Source of the DNA: Podarcis muralis | Taxonomy: Eukaryota | Assembly (NCBI RefSeq): GCF_964188315.1 | Contig: NC_135670.1 | Coordinates: 27,466,001-27,530,000 of the forward strand | Direction: 5' to 3' | Length of the DNA stretch: 64,000 nt | Part shown: one piece after another, positions 31,553 to 43,638 of the stretch | Layout: each line of letters opens with the position of its first letter | Numbering within the stretch: the first letter of the stretch is position 1 | Translations under genes and position numbers: made by a program | The notes under the pieces: model-generated | Databases searched by the model: none | What the model saw: the letters and a program-made list of their open reading frames with translations, nothing else | Told to the model about the DNA's origin: nothing

Positions 31553-31591
31553 CACAGTGCTTTAGCTTAAGGGAGAACCAAGACCAAAACT
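31553..31591 (+). other. 23-RSS of V2
   Basis: CACAGTG-23-ACCAAAACT. Confidence 0.88.
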
Positions 31592-31984
31592 CCATCCTAT
31601 CCCCTTGGGGAATAGGCTATAGACACAGCTGATAAGGAAGTCAATCCAGCAGATGGATTTGCATGAAGACACTTGTCAGAGTCTAGATTCTATTTTTGTA
31701 GTTTGGGCAGCGAACGGAAACCCCCCAAACCACAATCGTGTTTCAGTTCCCACCTGTACAGACCAATAGCAAATCCCTTCTCTCTGATTACAGATCCTTA
31801 GGTAGCTAAATGTTGCCATCTACAGAGAAGGAGGAGCTCCTTGGAGGCTTGGCGGTGGGGAGGAGGAATCTAAAGGTTTGCAGAAGTACAAAATGTGGTG
31901 AGCCAGTGTGGTTTGGTGGTTAGGGCTCGGACTAGGACCTTGGAGATCAGGGTTCAAGTCCCCCTAGGACACTAAGTGGAGTAA

Positions 31985-32344
31985 AAAGGTAAAGGGACCC
32001 CTGACCATTAGGTCCAGTCGTGACCGACTCTGGGGTTGCGCGCTCATCTCGCTCTATAGGCCGAGGGAGCCGGCGTTTGTCCTCAGACAGCTTCTGGGTC
32101 ATGTGGCCAGCGTGACTAAGCCACTTCTGGCGAACCAGAGCAGCACACGGAAACGCTGTTTACCTTCCCACCGGAGCGGTACCTATTTATGTACTTGCAC
32201 TTTGATGTGCTTTCGAACTGCTAGGTTGGCAGGAGCAGGGACCGAGCAATGGGAGGTCACCCCGTCACGGGGATTCGAACCGCCGACTTTCTGATCGGCA
32301 AGTCCTAGGCTCTGTGGTTTAACCCACAGCGCCACCCGCGTCCC
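31985..32344 (-). mobile_element. Sauria/Squam1-type SINE nested in an older tRNA-SINE (about 31900-32395)
   Basis: Reverse-complement copy interrupting a GAGCCAGTGTGG... SINE. Confidence 0.85.
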
Positions 32345-32679
32345 CCTAGACAGAGACTGGCCCAACCTCACAGGGTTGTTGTGAGAATAAAACAGAGACA
32401 TATTCTACTCATGTAAAAACACACTGATTCCCGGACCATCCGTGGGCCGGATTTAGAAGGCAATTGGGCCAGATCCGGCTTCTGGGCCTTAGTTTGCCTA
32501 CCCATGCACTAGCAAAAACATGTTCATTAGTCAGTGCTGAATCAAAAAAAAAAAAAAAGTGTGCATTAGGAGAAATTCACATTAACTTACTGGCAAATTT
32601 TCATGACTTTCCAAAAAAACTGCAGAAAAGTGGAGAATTTAAGAATGGAAAAATGAGAAACTTAGAAAACCTGCCTGAC

Positions 32680-32915
32680 TCCAACAGGGGCAAAGTGAAG
32701 ACTGTAAATTCACTTTGAGAATTCTTATGGGGTGAGACATCAGTGTGATCAAAGATTGGAACTATCTCCCTCGGGAGGCTGTGGACTCTCCTTCCTTGGA
32801 GGTTTTTAAGCAGAGGTGGGATGGACATCTGTCATGGATGCTTTAGCTGCATTTCAGGGGGTTGGACTAGATGATCCTTGAGGTCCCTTCCAACTATACG
32901 GTTCTATGATTCTAT
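32680..32915 (+). mobile_element. CR1 LINE 3' end
   Basis: GGGTTGGACTAGATGA...GGTCCCTTCCAAC...(ATTCTATG) terminus. Confidence 0.75.
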
Positions 32916-34144
32916 GAAATAAACACAATAGCTAGCCTTTTTTTAAAAAAAAAAATCAACTGTCATTCGCAGACACCTGGAAACCACGATCAAATATTTC
33001 TTCCTGCACCTGTTATGCCCATCACCTCCCAAGGGAAATTCTGCTGCTCTGAAAGGGCGTTCAGCTTACTCAAGCTGAAAGCTCCCACCAGCTTTGCTCT
33101 TAAAATTCTCACCATGAGATGGCCCTATGGTAGAATGGATGGCGAGAAAAACTCTTTTCTGAAATAGCATGGAAGGAGCCCCTTTGTAACGGCTGTGCTT
33201 TACATATCGCGTTCAGTTGTAATCAGGATTAATCCTCAAAGAGTAACCAACATTGTGCAAACCAGCCAGGAGGAATGTTTTAGAAAGCAGGTTGTCCTTT
33301 TACTGACTGAGTTAACCAAGGAAGGAATGGCTGCTCTTAACTTGGAACAGGGACATCTTAAGTGGGGAATTCCAGGATCAAATCAGAAACTGGGACGGCT
33401 TCTGTAAATCCAGGACTGTCCCTGGAAAACAGGGACACTTGGAGGGTCAGGAAGGGAAGCAAAGAAGACCATCGGTGAATTAATCCCTGCTGGAGAGGCA
33501 GAGCAAACACTATACAGTGGTACCTCGGGTTAAGTACTTAATTCGTTCCAGAGGCCCGTTCTTAACCTGAAACTGTTCTTAACCTGAAGCACCACTTTAG
33601 CTAATGGGGCCTCCCGCTGCCACCGCGCCGCCGGAGCACGATTTCTGTTCTCATCCTGAAGCAAAGTTCTTAACCTGAGGTACTATTTCTGGATTAGTGG
33701 AGTCTGTAACCTGAAGCGTCTGTAACCCGAGGTACCACTGTAGAGGGAAAGCTGTTCAATGCTGGGATATCAGACTCCCCACCTTGGTGCTGCCATCTTG
33801 CTGTATAAAGGACACACCCCATTACAATTGCAGCAGAAAAATCCTCCATTTATCCTCATCTGTGATGCAGCCATGGAAAGAATCAAGCAGGGATGAGCAA
33901 CGCTGTGTCTCCCAAGATGCTCCTGGCTCCAACTCCCATCAGCTCCAGCTGGCGCAACCAATGATCAGGGGGGGGGGGGGGGGTTGGGAGTTGTTCAACA
34001 ACACCTGGAGCTCCACAGTTCCCCCACCCTTGAGACAGGGGCTTTATCGATATATGCATGCAAACACCCACACACACCCATGCCAGGAATCCTACATGTT
34101 TCTTCCTTTCAAAGACTGGACCCTAGAAGGGAGCAGAGATGCAG

Positions 34145-34152
34145 ATTTGCAT
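34145..34152 (+). promoter_or_regulatory. Ig promoter octamer of V3
   Basis: ATTTGCAT 98 bp before the ATG. Confidence 0.88.
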
Positions 34153-34242
34153 AAGGAAGACCTTCCTCAGGCCTCAGGAGGGTTTAAAGGAGAAGAGCAT
34201 GAGGCTCTTGGTCAGCAGAGCTGCTAGTCTGTCTTCTCCACC

Positions 34243-34844
34243 ATGGGACTGAACCTTCTCCTCCTTGTCTTCTCGGCTTTTTGCAACGGTGAGAAATAGG
34301 GATTAGGTTTGATCAGGAGGGTTCCCCGATTAAGCAGCTGTTGACGTTGCTTTGAGCTGCTTTCCCATTTCTGCGATAGCTTCATCGCTTAGCATGGTAC
34401 CTCGATCTCCAGAGACAGCAAGTGTGTGACAGTACTGCTCCCCAAAACCCTGTCTTTATCAGTACCACTAAATCATGGGATGCATGTTTCAGAGGTGAGT
34501 GATGCAATGGTTTGGTTTCCATCTTATTCCTCCCAGGTCTCAGTTCCCAGGCTGCGTTGACTCAGACAAATGGTCCCGTCTCCGTGGCCCTCAGAGGGTC
34601 AACAACCCTGTCCTGCACTCTGCAAGGCGTGGAGTTTATCAGCACAGTCCACCCATCCTGGTACCTTCAGAGAGAAGGGAAGGCTCCCCAGTTACTAATC
34701 TACAAGTCCAGAGAAAGAGCCACAGGTATCCCTGAGCGCTTTTCTGGAGAGACATATGGCAACACTGCAAAGCTAACTGTCTCCAGCATTGAGGAGGGCG
34801 ACGAAGGGGATTATTATTGTGCACTGTGGCATGCAAACATGTTG
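34243..34844 (+). CDS. IGLV segment V3, intact
   Basis: Leader 34243-34288 (MGLNLLLLVFSAFCNG); V exon 34537-34844 QAALTQTNGPVSV...C...HPSWYLQ...GIPERFSG...DYYCALWHANML. Confidence 0.92.
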
Positions 34845-34883
34845 CACCGTGATGCAGTCATATGTAGAACTGGAACAACAACT
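34845..34883 (+). other. 23-RSS of V3
   Basis: CACCGTG-23-ACAACAACT. Confidence 0.8.
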
Positions 34884-35460
34884 CTCTGGGCCCAAAAGAG
34901 AGGTGCAGGAACAAGAGGAGTGGAGAGGAGAAAGGTTATTGGACCTAAAATTGTTGCATGTTTAATGCACTGAAGTAGAGATTTTTGACTACAGAAGGAT
35001 ACTCTTTCAACTCCAGCTGTTAGCATCTACCTCAGTGTCTCCCATCGTTGGGTCTCCAGCTGTTTTTGGACTGCAACTCCCATCATCCTTAGTTGGCAAG
35101 ACCAGTGGTCAGGGATGATGGGAATTGAGTGGCGAGTTCCTGCCCCCCCCAGGGGAAATAAAGACACATGACACAATTATTAAGGTTAATGGGCTAAATA
35201 AGGCCACAACTTTATTGGTTACAGGTGATGAGCAGTATTGGCTTAGGCATTGGTCCTAACCGACTATATCCGGCTTTAGCCCGTCCACTTGAAGTCCGGG
35301 AAGGGTTAACCACCAGTAGGGGGAGTTCTGCTGATGCACATCAACTAGGAACTCCCCCGGGGTCACTGCTCGTGGGCGTGCCTTAGGCATCTGACAGAGT
35401 GCAGCAAAGGCCCTTCTGCTTATTTTGGAGCTTTAATACCCTCTGGGACAGGAGCAGGAC

Positions 35461-35468
35461 ATTTGCAT
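35461..35468 (+). promoter_or_regulatory. Ig promoter octamer of V4, copy 1 (copy 2 at 36675-36682)
   Basis: ATTTGCAT 95 bp before the ATG in both copies. Confidence 0.85.
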
Positions 35469-35713
35469 GAAGAGTCTGCTGTCTGGGCCACTGGAGGTTT
35501 AAGAGGGATGGGGAAGAGGCTGGCCAGAGATCCCATTGCTTCCTGTTCCTCCACGATGGCCTGGGCCTCCCTGATCATCTCAATCCTGTCTTCCATCGGT
35601 GAGAGCAATTGAATAGCGAAAGGAAGAGAAAAATCTGACAAGTCTTTTACACTATAATCCAATATTTGTGAAGGTTTGGGGTTGCTACACTGTGTGAGAC
35701 AGTTCTTGTTGCA

Positions 35714-36087
35714 TGGCAAGTTCCCGACCCCCCCCTCCCGGTGGAAATAAAGACACATGAAATATACTCCGAGTCGCAAAGTGATTTCATGCTCTTTATT
35801 CAGCTCATAGTGGTGAGGAGGAATGAATGAAAGTCCCCTCAAAGTATCTGCTTTATATACATTATTTACACAATGGGCTGCACATGATTGGCTAATTCCG
35901 GAATTCTTCTGTAAGCCAATCAGGTTGTGGATTCACTTCTATCTGGAGCTGGATTGGGTGGTTCCTGCCAACCAATCATACTGCTGCATTGTTCTAGGAC
36001 CAATCAGACTGCTGCATTCTGAATCCTATTGTTCTAGGACCAATCAGACTGCTGCATTTTGGATCCTATTCAACTCAGTACATAACA
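35714..36087 (-). mobile_element. LTR-like element (copies 36930-37303 and about 41020-41354)
   Basis: Minus strand starts TGTTATGTACTGA, has repeated CCAAT boxes, a TATA-like motif and AATAAA. Confidence 0.7.
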
Positions 36088-36181
36088 ACACATGACACAA
36101 TTATTAAGGTTAATGGGCTAAAAAAAAGGCCACAACTTTATTGGTTGCAGGTGATGAGTGGCATTGGCTTAGGCATTGGTC

Positions 36182-36468
36182 AAAGAAGAAGAAGAAGAAG
36201 AAGAAGAAGAAGAAGAGGAGGAGGAGGAGGAGTTTGGATTTGATATCCTGCTTTTTCACTACCTGAAGGAATCTCAAAGCGGCTAAAATTCTCCTTTCCC
36301 TTCCTCCCCCACAACAAACACTCTGTGGGGTGAGTGGGGCTGAGAGACTTCAGAGAAGTGTGACTGGCTCAAGGTCACCCAGCTGCTGCATGTGGAGGAA
36401 TAGGGAATCGAACCCAGCTCACCAGATTATGAGTCCACCACTCTTAACCACTACACCACACTGGCTCT
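36182..36468 (-). mobile_element. second tRNA-derived SINE family (Squam3-like) with (CTT)n tail; duplicate at 37398-37696
   Basis: Reverse complement begins AGAGCCAGTGTGGTGTAGTGGTTAAGAG; microsatellite tail. Confidence 0.75.
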
Positions 36469-38249
36469 CCTAACTGACTATATCTGACTCCAGCTCATCT
36501 GCTTGAAGTCCGGGAAGGGTTAACCACCAGTAGGGGGAGTCCTGCTGATGCACATCAACTAGGAACTCCCCCGGGGTCACTGCTCGTGGGCGTGCCTTAG
36601 GCATCTGACAGAGTGCAGCAAAGGCCCTTCTGCTTATTTTGGAGCTTTAATACCCTCTGGGACAGGAGCAGGACATTTGCATGAAGAGTCTGCTGTCTGG
36701 GCCACTGGAGGTTTAAGAGGGATGGGGAAGAGGCTGGCCAGAGATCCCATTGCTTCCTGTTCCTCCACGATGGCCTGGGCCTCCCTGATCATCTCAATCC
36801 TGTCTTCCATCGGTGAGAGCAATTGAATAGCGAAAGGAAGAGAAAAATCTGACAAAAGTCTTTTACACTATAATCCAATATTTGTGAAGGTTTGGGGTTG
36901 CTACACTGTGTGAGACAGTTCTTGTTGCATGGCAAGTTCCCGACCCCCCCCTCCCGGTGGAAATAAAGACACATGAAATATACTCCGAGTCGCAAAGTGA
37001 TTTCATGCTCTTTATTCAGCTCATAGTGGTGAGGAGGAATGAATGAAAGTCCCCTCAAAGTATCTGCTTTATATACATTATTTACACAATGGGCTGCACA
37101 TGATTGGCTAATTCCGGAATTCTTCTGTAAGCCAATCAGGTTGTGGATTCACTTCTATCTGGAGCTGGATTGGGTGGTTCCTGCCAACCAATCATACTGC
37201 TGCATTGTTCTAGGACCAATCAGACTGCTGCATTCTGAATCCTATTGTTCTAGGACCAATCAGACTGCTGCATTTTGGATCCTATTCAACTCAGTACATA
37301 ACAACACATGACACAATTATTAAGGTTAATGGGCTAAAAAAAAGGCCACAACTTTATTGGTTGCAGGTGATGAGTGGCATTGGCTTAGGCATTGGTCAAA
37401 GAAGAAGAAGAAGAAGAAGAAGAAGAAGAAGAGTAGTAGTAGTAGTAGTAGTAGTAGGAGTTTGGATTTGATATCCTGCTTTTTCACTACCTGAAGGAGT
37501 CTCAAAGCGGCTAAAATTCTCCTTTCCCTTCCTCCCCCACAACAAACACTCTGTGGGGTGAGTGGGGCTGAGAGACTTCAGAGAAGTGTGACTGGCTCAA
37601 GGTCACCCAGCTGCTGCATGTGGAGGAATAGGGAATCGAACCCAGCTCACCAGATTATGAGTCCACCACTCTTAACCACTACACCACACTGGCTCTCCTA
37701 ACTGACTATATCTGACTCCAGCTCATCTGCTTGAAGTCCGGGAAGGGTTAACCACCAGTAGGGGGAGTCCTGCTGATGCACATCAACTAGGAACTCCCCC
37801 GGGGTCACCGATAGGGGGCGTGCCAGCTGGCGGTCAGCAAAGAGGGAGATCCCGGGCCGCGTCCTGCCTATTTAGGGCAGACCACGCCCCCGAACCAGCC
37901 GATTGGCCGGCTAGGCGGTGACGTGTGTGGAGGGGAGGGGCCGTGAAGCCCGCAACTCCACTTCCTCCTTAAGGCGGAAGTGGCTTTCCCTTCCAGGTCC
38001 CAGTGCCCAGCAGCAGCTCCCTGAAGCCCTCAGAGGTTGTGTCTGCAGGAGATACGGTCACCTTTTCCTGCAGCTTCAGTGGTGGAACCATCACTGATGG
38101 CAACTACCCTCTCTGGGTCCATCAGAAACTGGGGAATTCTCCACGGCTGTTGATTGACCAGCAGAAGAGCACCAGGCATCGCAGCCCATTTCTCTGGGTC
38201 TAAGTCAGGGAACACCATGTCCCTGACCATCACAGGAGCCATGGCAGAA

Positions 38250-38250
<1 letters not shown>

Positions 38251-38293
<43 letters not shown>

Positions 38294-38783
38294 TTATTAT
38301 TTATACCCCGCCCATCTGGCTGGGCCTCCCCAGCCACTCTGGGCGGCTTCCATAGAAACCAAAAATACACTAAGATGTCACACGTTAAAAACTTCCCTGA
38401 ACAGGGCTGCCTTAAGATGTCTTCTGAATGTCAGGTAGTTGTTTATCGCTTTGACATCTGCTGGAAGGGCGTTCCACAGGGCAGGCGCCACTACCAAGAA
38501 GGCCCTCTGCCTGGTTCCCTGTAACTTGGCCTCTCGCAATGAGGGAACTGCCAGAAGGCCCTCGGCACTGGACCTCAGCGTCCGGGCTGAACAATGGGGA
38601 TGCAGACGCTCCTTCAGGTATACTGGGCTGAGACTGTTTAGGGCTTTGAAGGTCAGCACCAACACTTTGAATTGTGCTCGGAAACGTACTGGGAGCCAAT
38701 GTAGGTCTTTCAAGACCGGTGTTATATGGTCTCGGCGGCCGCCCCCAGCCACCAGTCTAGCTGCCGCGTTCTGGATTAGTTGT
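38251..38783 (-). mobile_element. 5'-truncated L2/CR1-clade LINE inserted in V4
   Basis: (TAA)n tail, RT C-terminal ORF (DHITPVLKDLHWLPV...), TSD AGAAG. Confidence 0.88.
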
Positions 38784-38834
38784 AGAAGACGAGGCTGATT
38801 ATTACCGCACCATTAATATCCCTGGCCAGTATGT

Positions 38835-38873
38835 CACAGTGGTCCATGCACATGGGGAAGCGAGACGAAAACT
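38835..38873 (+). other. 23-RSS of pseudogene V4
   Basis: CACAGTG-23-ACGAAAACT. Confidence 0.85.
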
Positions 38874-40210
38874 CTCCTAAACTGCCTCCATTAGCCTAAG
38901 TTCCTCTTGCGGTGAATGAAATCTTGATGGAAACCTCACAGGCTGTCAGGACTCAGGAGAAAAATTACAAGCATTAGAGAATGGCCAGCAAAATTATAAT
39001 TTATCCATTCATATTATGACTTCCCTATTTTATTTTCAAAACTTCAAATATGACTGAAAAATAAATCAAATGTGAGTGCTTTAAACTTTGTGAACTAAGT
39101 CCTACTCAGAGTAAACCCACTGAAATGAATGAACCTAAGGAAGCCATGTGTATTTAATAGATCCACTTGGAATAGGACTAGCCCATTATACCCTGCTTTC
39201 TTTCTAATATTATACTTGTTAGGCAGTCCTTTCCAATATGATTTTTTCCCTCTTTAACCAACCAGTATCTGTTGATCTTTTATTGACATTCATTATTATT
39301 ATTAGTATTATTATCATAGCTGTCAACTTACAGATTTGAAAATAAGGGACCAGCAGCCCCGATAATAAGGGATCAGCAGCCAAAATAAGGGATTTTCGGA
39401 GCACAGGTATGTTCAACTTCTGAGCCCCTCTGAGCCAAAGGCAGAAAGCCCAGCCAGCAGCCAAACAAAGCCTCAGGCGGTGGTTCCCACAGCGCAGCAA
39501 CCCGGCAAAGGGGATGCAGCAAGGAAAACCACCGTCACCTCTCCGCTGGGAAGCGCTGAGCAAAGGCGAGTCCCCAGGCAACGCGGCCGATTTGATCGGC
39601 ACAAGGCATGCAAGCTCCACCCCCCAGTTGTTCTTAGACTCCTTATTGGGTGAGCAACGCAGCCAAGCAACACAGTTGGAGCCTCCCTCCTCCCTGGCCA
39701 GCAGGGAGGGAGGGAGAGGAGCTGCTTCCTTTGAAACCCGGGAAATTTAAGGGACATCATCAATAAGGGACAGCAGCGGGATACGGCGCTGGGATAAGGG
39801 AATTTCCCGCCAAATAAGGGACGGTTGACAGCTATGATGATGATAATGATGATGATGATTACAGATATTTATTTGTTTTATTGCATTGTATTGTTTTTGT
39901 GTTGCGAGCTGCCTTAATATATGTTCTTAAAGTGCAGCTTGTAAATATTAAACAGATAGATAAGATGATACATCTACGATCAGGCTGTTTGCCATGATGT
40001 CCTTCAAATTCCATTCAGCGTATTTAAAGAGCAACCCGGCAAGTTAGCGAGCCGGCATTGTAGCCTAAACCAGAGGGAGCCAACGTTGAGCCATTGGGTC
40101 GTTCCTGGACATAAATGATCCTTTGAAAGTTCTGCAAAGAGCTTAGCGACATCCTTTTATTGACACAGAAGGAAACCAGCTGCCTGGAGCAGCCAATGAG
40201 CTTCAAGGAT

Positions 40211-40218
40211 ATTTGCAT
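40211..40218 (+). promoter_or_regulatory. Ig promoter octamer of V5
   Basis: ATTTGCAT 97 bp before the ATG. Confidence 0.88.
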
Positions 40219-40307
40219 GCAGGGACCCTTTCTTGCATTGAAAAGGGGATTGCCTAATTCCTCCAGCTAGAAACCCCTTTGTCCCAGGAAGCTGTGAATT
40301 CCTCACC

Positions 40308-40795
40308 ATGGCTCAGCTCTTGAAACTCTTCCTATTTCTCGCTTGCTGTTGCTGGGGTAGGAGGGAGGATTTAAACATGTTTTATTAAATATATTCCCCT
40401 AGTTCCCCCCCCCCCCATTTATGCCAGGGTATTCACTTTCTGATCCTCCACTTCCACTTATTTTTTTTGCTGCCGTTTTTGGTTCCAGGTTGTGAGGCGC
40501 AGTTCACGATGACTCAGCCGCCTTTCGTCTCGGCCTCCATGGGAGAAACAGTCGGGATCTCTTGTACGAGAAGCAGTGGGGGTATAAGAAGCAAGTGGAA
40601 TCACTGGTACCAACAGAAACCCAACAGCGCTCCGATACTGCTAATATACAATGATGAAGAGAGAGTGTCGGGGATCCCAGAGCGATTCTCTGGTTCTTAT
40701 GACACCTCGGCCAATTCTGTCACCTTAACCATCTCCAACGTCCAAGCAGAAGATGAAGCTCACTATTACTGTCAAGCTGAAGACAGCAGTACACA
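40308..40795 (+). CDS. IGLV segment V5, intact, IGLV6-like
   Basis: Leader 40308-40356; V exon 40489-40795 QFTMTQPPFVSAS...CTRSSGGI...WYQQKP...SGSYDTSANSVTLTISNVQAEDEAHYYCQAEDSS. Confidence 0.93.
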
Positions 40796-40834
40796 CACAA
40801 TGATACAAGCTGATGAGGAAGTGAGACAAAAACC
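40796..40834 (+). other. 23-RSS of V5
   Basis: CACAATG-23-ACAAAAACC. Confidence 0.9.
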
Positions 40835-42103
40835 TTCCTTTAGGTGATTAGCTCTACTTGGTATTGCTTGCAGCTGGTAGATGTAAGAGCTGACCTTGTT
40901 CTCTTAAGGGCTCATGGGACAATTCATGCCAAACTTCAGCACTTGCTACCAAGCCATGTTCAGGATCCTTGTATTAATTTACAAAGCACTGGGTAACCCT
41001 CTTTTGAGAGGCTAGTTTAAGTTATGGACATTGAAATATACTCGGAGTCGAGTGTGGATTTCATGCTCTTTATTCAGCTCATAGTAGTGAGGAGTGCAAG
41101 TTCCCCCCAAATATCTGCTTTATATAAATTATTTACACAATAGGCCGCACGTGATTGGCTAATTCTGGGATTCTCCTGTAGGCCAATCAGGTTGCGGATT
41201 CACTTCCATCTGGAGCTGGACTGGGTGGCTCCTGCGGACCAATCATACTGCTGTATTGTTCTAGGACCAATCAGACTGCTGCATATTGAATCCTATTGTT
41301 CTAGGACCAATCAGACTGCTGCCTTTTGGATCCTATTCAACTCAGTACATAACAGACACACAGGTGAAGATGGTGAAAAATGGATCGCAGAGATGGAATA
41401 TAACATCAGATGGAATTGTGTGTGTAAAATAAAAATTAAAAAGGGGGGGGGGGAGAGAAGCTCTAGTCTACAAAAGGTCTATGAAGGAAACTTAGAGCGG
41501 CCTCTTTCCCTAGCCTTTATCATCCTCAGACTGAACTGAATTTAATTTACAGTCATACCTCGGGTTGCAAACGTGATCCATGCGGGAGGCACGTTCGCAA
41601 ACCACATGCGAACATCATGGGGTCAGCACAGGAGCCTTTCTGTTTTGAATCACCAGTAGGTGCTACTGTTGCTCTTTTTGCACAGGGGAAGTGGTGGGGA
41701 GGCAGGTAGAATCTGCTACTATGACTTACCGTATACATTGGGTCAACTCAGGGGTCACCTCCCCTGCCCCATCCCACAACTGGTCCTGAATAAGTTCAGG
41801 CATGGGGGCTAATGTTGAAATATGGTTTCAAAACCTAATAGATTTTTGAGGGAAGTCTTCGTCTCGGAACTAGGCATAGGGAGGGATGGGCCATAGCTCA
41901 GTGGTGGAGCAACTCTCCTGTGTGTAGAAGGAAGGCCCCAGATTCAATCCTCAGCATCTCCAGCTAGGGACAGGGATGTATCCTGCCTGAAATAACCTGG
42001 AGAGCTTCTGCTAGACAACCCAGAGCTAGATGAGTCCATGGTCTGACTTGGTGTAAGGCAGCTTCCTATACTGGTATGAACCCGTTCATAAACAGGATAC
42101 AGT

Positions 42104-42111
42104 ATTTGCAT
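42104..42111 (+). promoter_or_regulatory. Ig promoter octamer of V6
   Basis: ATTTGCAT 112 bp before the ATG. Confidence 0.88.
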
Positions 42112-42215
42112 GTGTTTGCATTTCTCCAGTCCTGAGAGGTTTAAGGGAGACCATCTGGGTTCTGCTCAGAGAAACCATTGGTTCGGGAACCTGATACTAC
42201 TCCGTTTCCCCTGCC

Positions 42216-43638
42216 ATGGCCTGGACTCCTCTCTTCCTTGTCCTCTCTGTTTACTGCACTGGTTGGTAATGGGGAGCATCTGCTTTCTCTTTATGGGGGA
42301 TATGGGTTCTAGCTCAGTGGTACAGCACCTTCACAAGGTCTAGGGCTCAATCCCCAGCATCTCCTGATAAGGCTGGAAAAGGCTGCTGCTGGTGTTCGGG
42401 ATAGACCATGGGTAGTCAACATGACACCCTGAACATGTTGTTGGACTACTGCTCCTATACTTCCTGATCGCCGTCCCTTATGGCTGGGGCTGATGGAAGC
42501 TGGAGTCTAATGACATCGGGAAAGCACCCCATTGGCTGTCCCTGGGGTAGATAATACCAGGCTGGGTTTGACTNNNNNNNNNNNNNNNNNNNNNNNNNNN
42601 NNNNNNNNNNNNNNNNNNNNNNNNNNNNNNNNNNNNNNNNNNNNNNNNNNNNNNNNNNNNNNNNNNNNNNNNNNNNNNNNNNNNNNNNNNNNNNNNNNNN
42701 NNNNNNNNNNNNNNNNNNNNNNNNNNNNNNNNNNNNNNNNNNNNNNNNNNNNNNNNNCATCAACTTTTGAGAAGTGATCTGACAATATTAACCACCTGGG
42801 ACCAGTTTACCTGTGAGATCTCCTTACGCTATATATGCCCACTCAACCGCTCCGATCTGTGGAACTGGCACCATTACGGGGGCCACATAATACTCATTCT
42901 GCATTGGTAAGAAATCAATATTTTAGTGTAGCAGCCCCCACACTTGGGAATTCCCTGCCTATTGACACCCAGGCAGCAGCCTTCCCTGTATTCCCTGTGC
43001 TAAGAACCTTTTAGTTTAGACCAGCTTACTCAGGTATGTAGAATGTGGCATGTGTTTTAACGTGCCTTTAGCTTATCTCTGATTCTGATTCTGATTATTT
43101 TTTGGGGGAATGTTTTTAAGGATCATTTTGGGTCCCCCCTCATTCTTCTTGTAAACCGCTTTGAGGGGTGTTTTTAACAATCAAATGGTGTGTGTGTGTG
43201 TGAAACAATAATAATAACTACCAATAATAATAACACTGCTCTTCCACAAGTTTTTCTCTCTTTCCCCTCACCTTGATGGAACACAATTCTCGCCAGCAAT
43301 AGCCTCCCTCTTTGCTTTTCTTCTAGGGACTGTTTCTCAGTTCTCCCTAACTCAGCCACCCTCCATGTCGGCATCCCTTGGAGAAACCGCCAGCATCTCC
43401 TGTCGGAGGAGCAGCGGAAACATTGGCACCTACAATGTCGCCTGGTATGAACAGAAGCCTGGCAGTGCCCCCAAAATCCTGATCTACTGGTTTAGCACCA
43501 GAAGCTCTGGAACACCAGAGCGGTTCTCAGGTTCTGTCAACAAACCTTCCAACATGGCCACCTTAACCATCTCCAAGCTTCAACCAGAAGACGAGGCTGA
43601 TTATTACTGTTTGTCTTATGACGGCAGCTACAAGTACG
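42216..43638 (+). CDS. IGLV segment V6, intact frame, defective-looking RSS
   Basis: Leader 42216-42261 ([16 protein letters not shown]); intron spans the N gap; V exon 43327-43638 [30 protein letters not shown]...[10 protein letters not shown]. Confidence 0.87.
42574..42757. other. assembly gap (184 N) inside the V6 leader intron
   Basis: Run of N. Confidence 1.

Larger units (their letters stand above)
35367..37808 (+). repeat. near-identical ~1.22-kb tandem duplication (35367-36580 / 36581-37808)
   Basis: Identical ORF-track peptides at 35823 and 37039; differences limited to a few substitutions, a 2-nt indel and the microsatellite. Confidence 0.92.
35556..38834 (+). pseudogene. IGLV pseudogene V4 with duplicated promoter+leader and LINE insertion
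   Basis: Leader MAWASLIISILSSIG present twice (35556-35598, 36770-36812); V exon from 37997 with frameshifts; split by LINE at 38251-38783; resumes EDEADYYR (second Cys lost) and ends in an RSS. Confidence 0.88.

Noticed and set aside
35420-37311. Duplicated 90-140 aa ORFs in the tandem repeat
   Set aside because: They run through LTR-like sequence and the antisense strand of the V leader; identity reflects the DNA duplication only.
38154-38438. Poly-Ile ORF
   Set aside because: Translation of the (TAA)n LINE tail.
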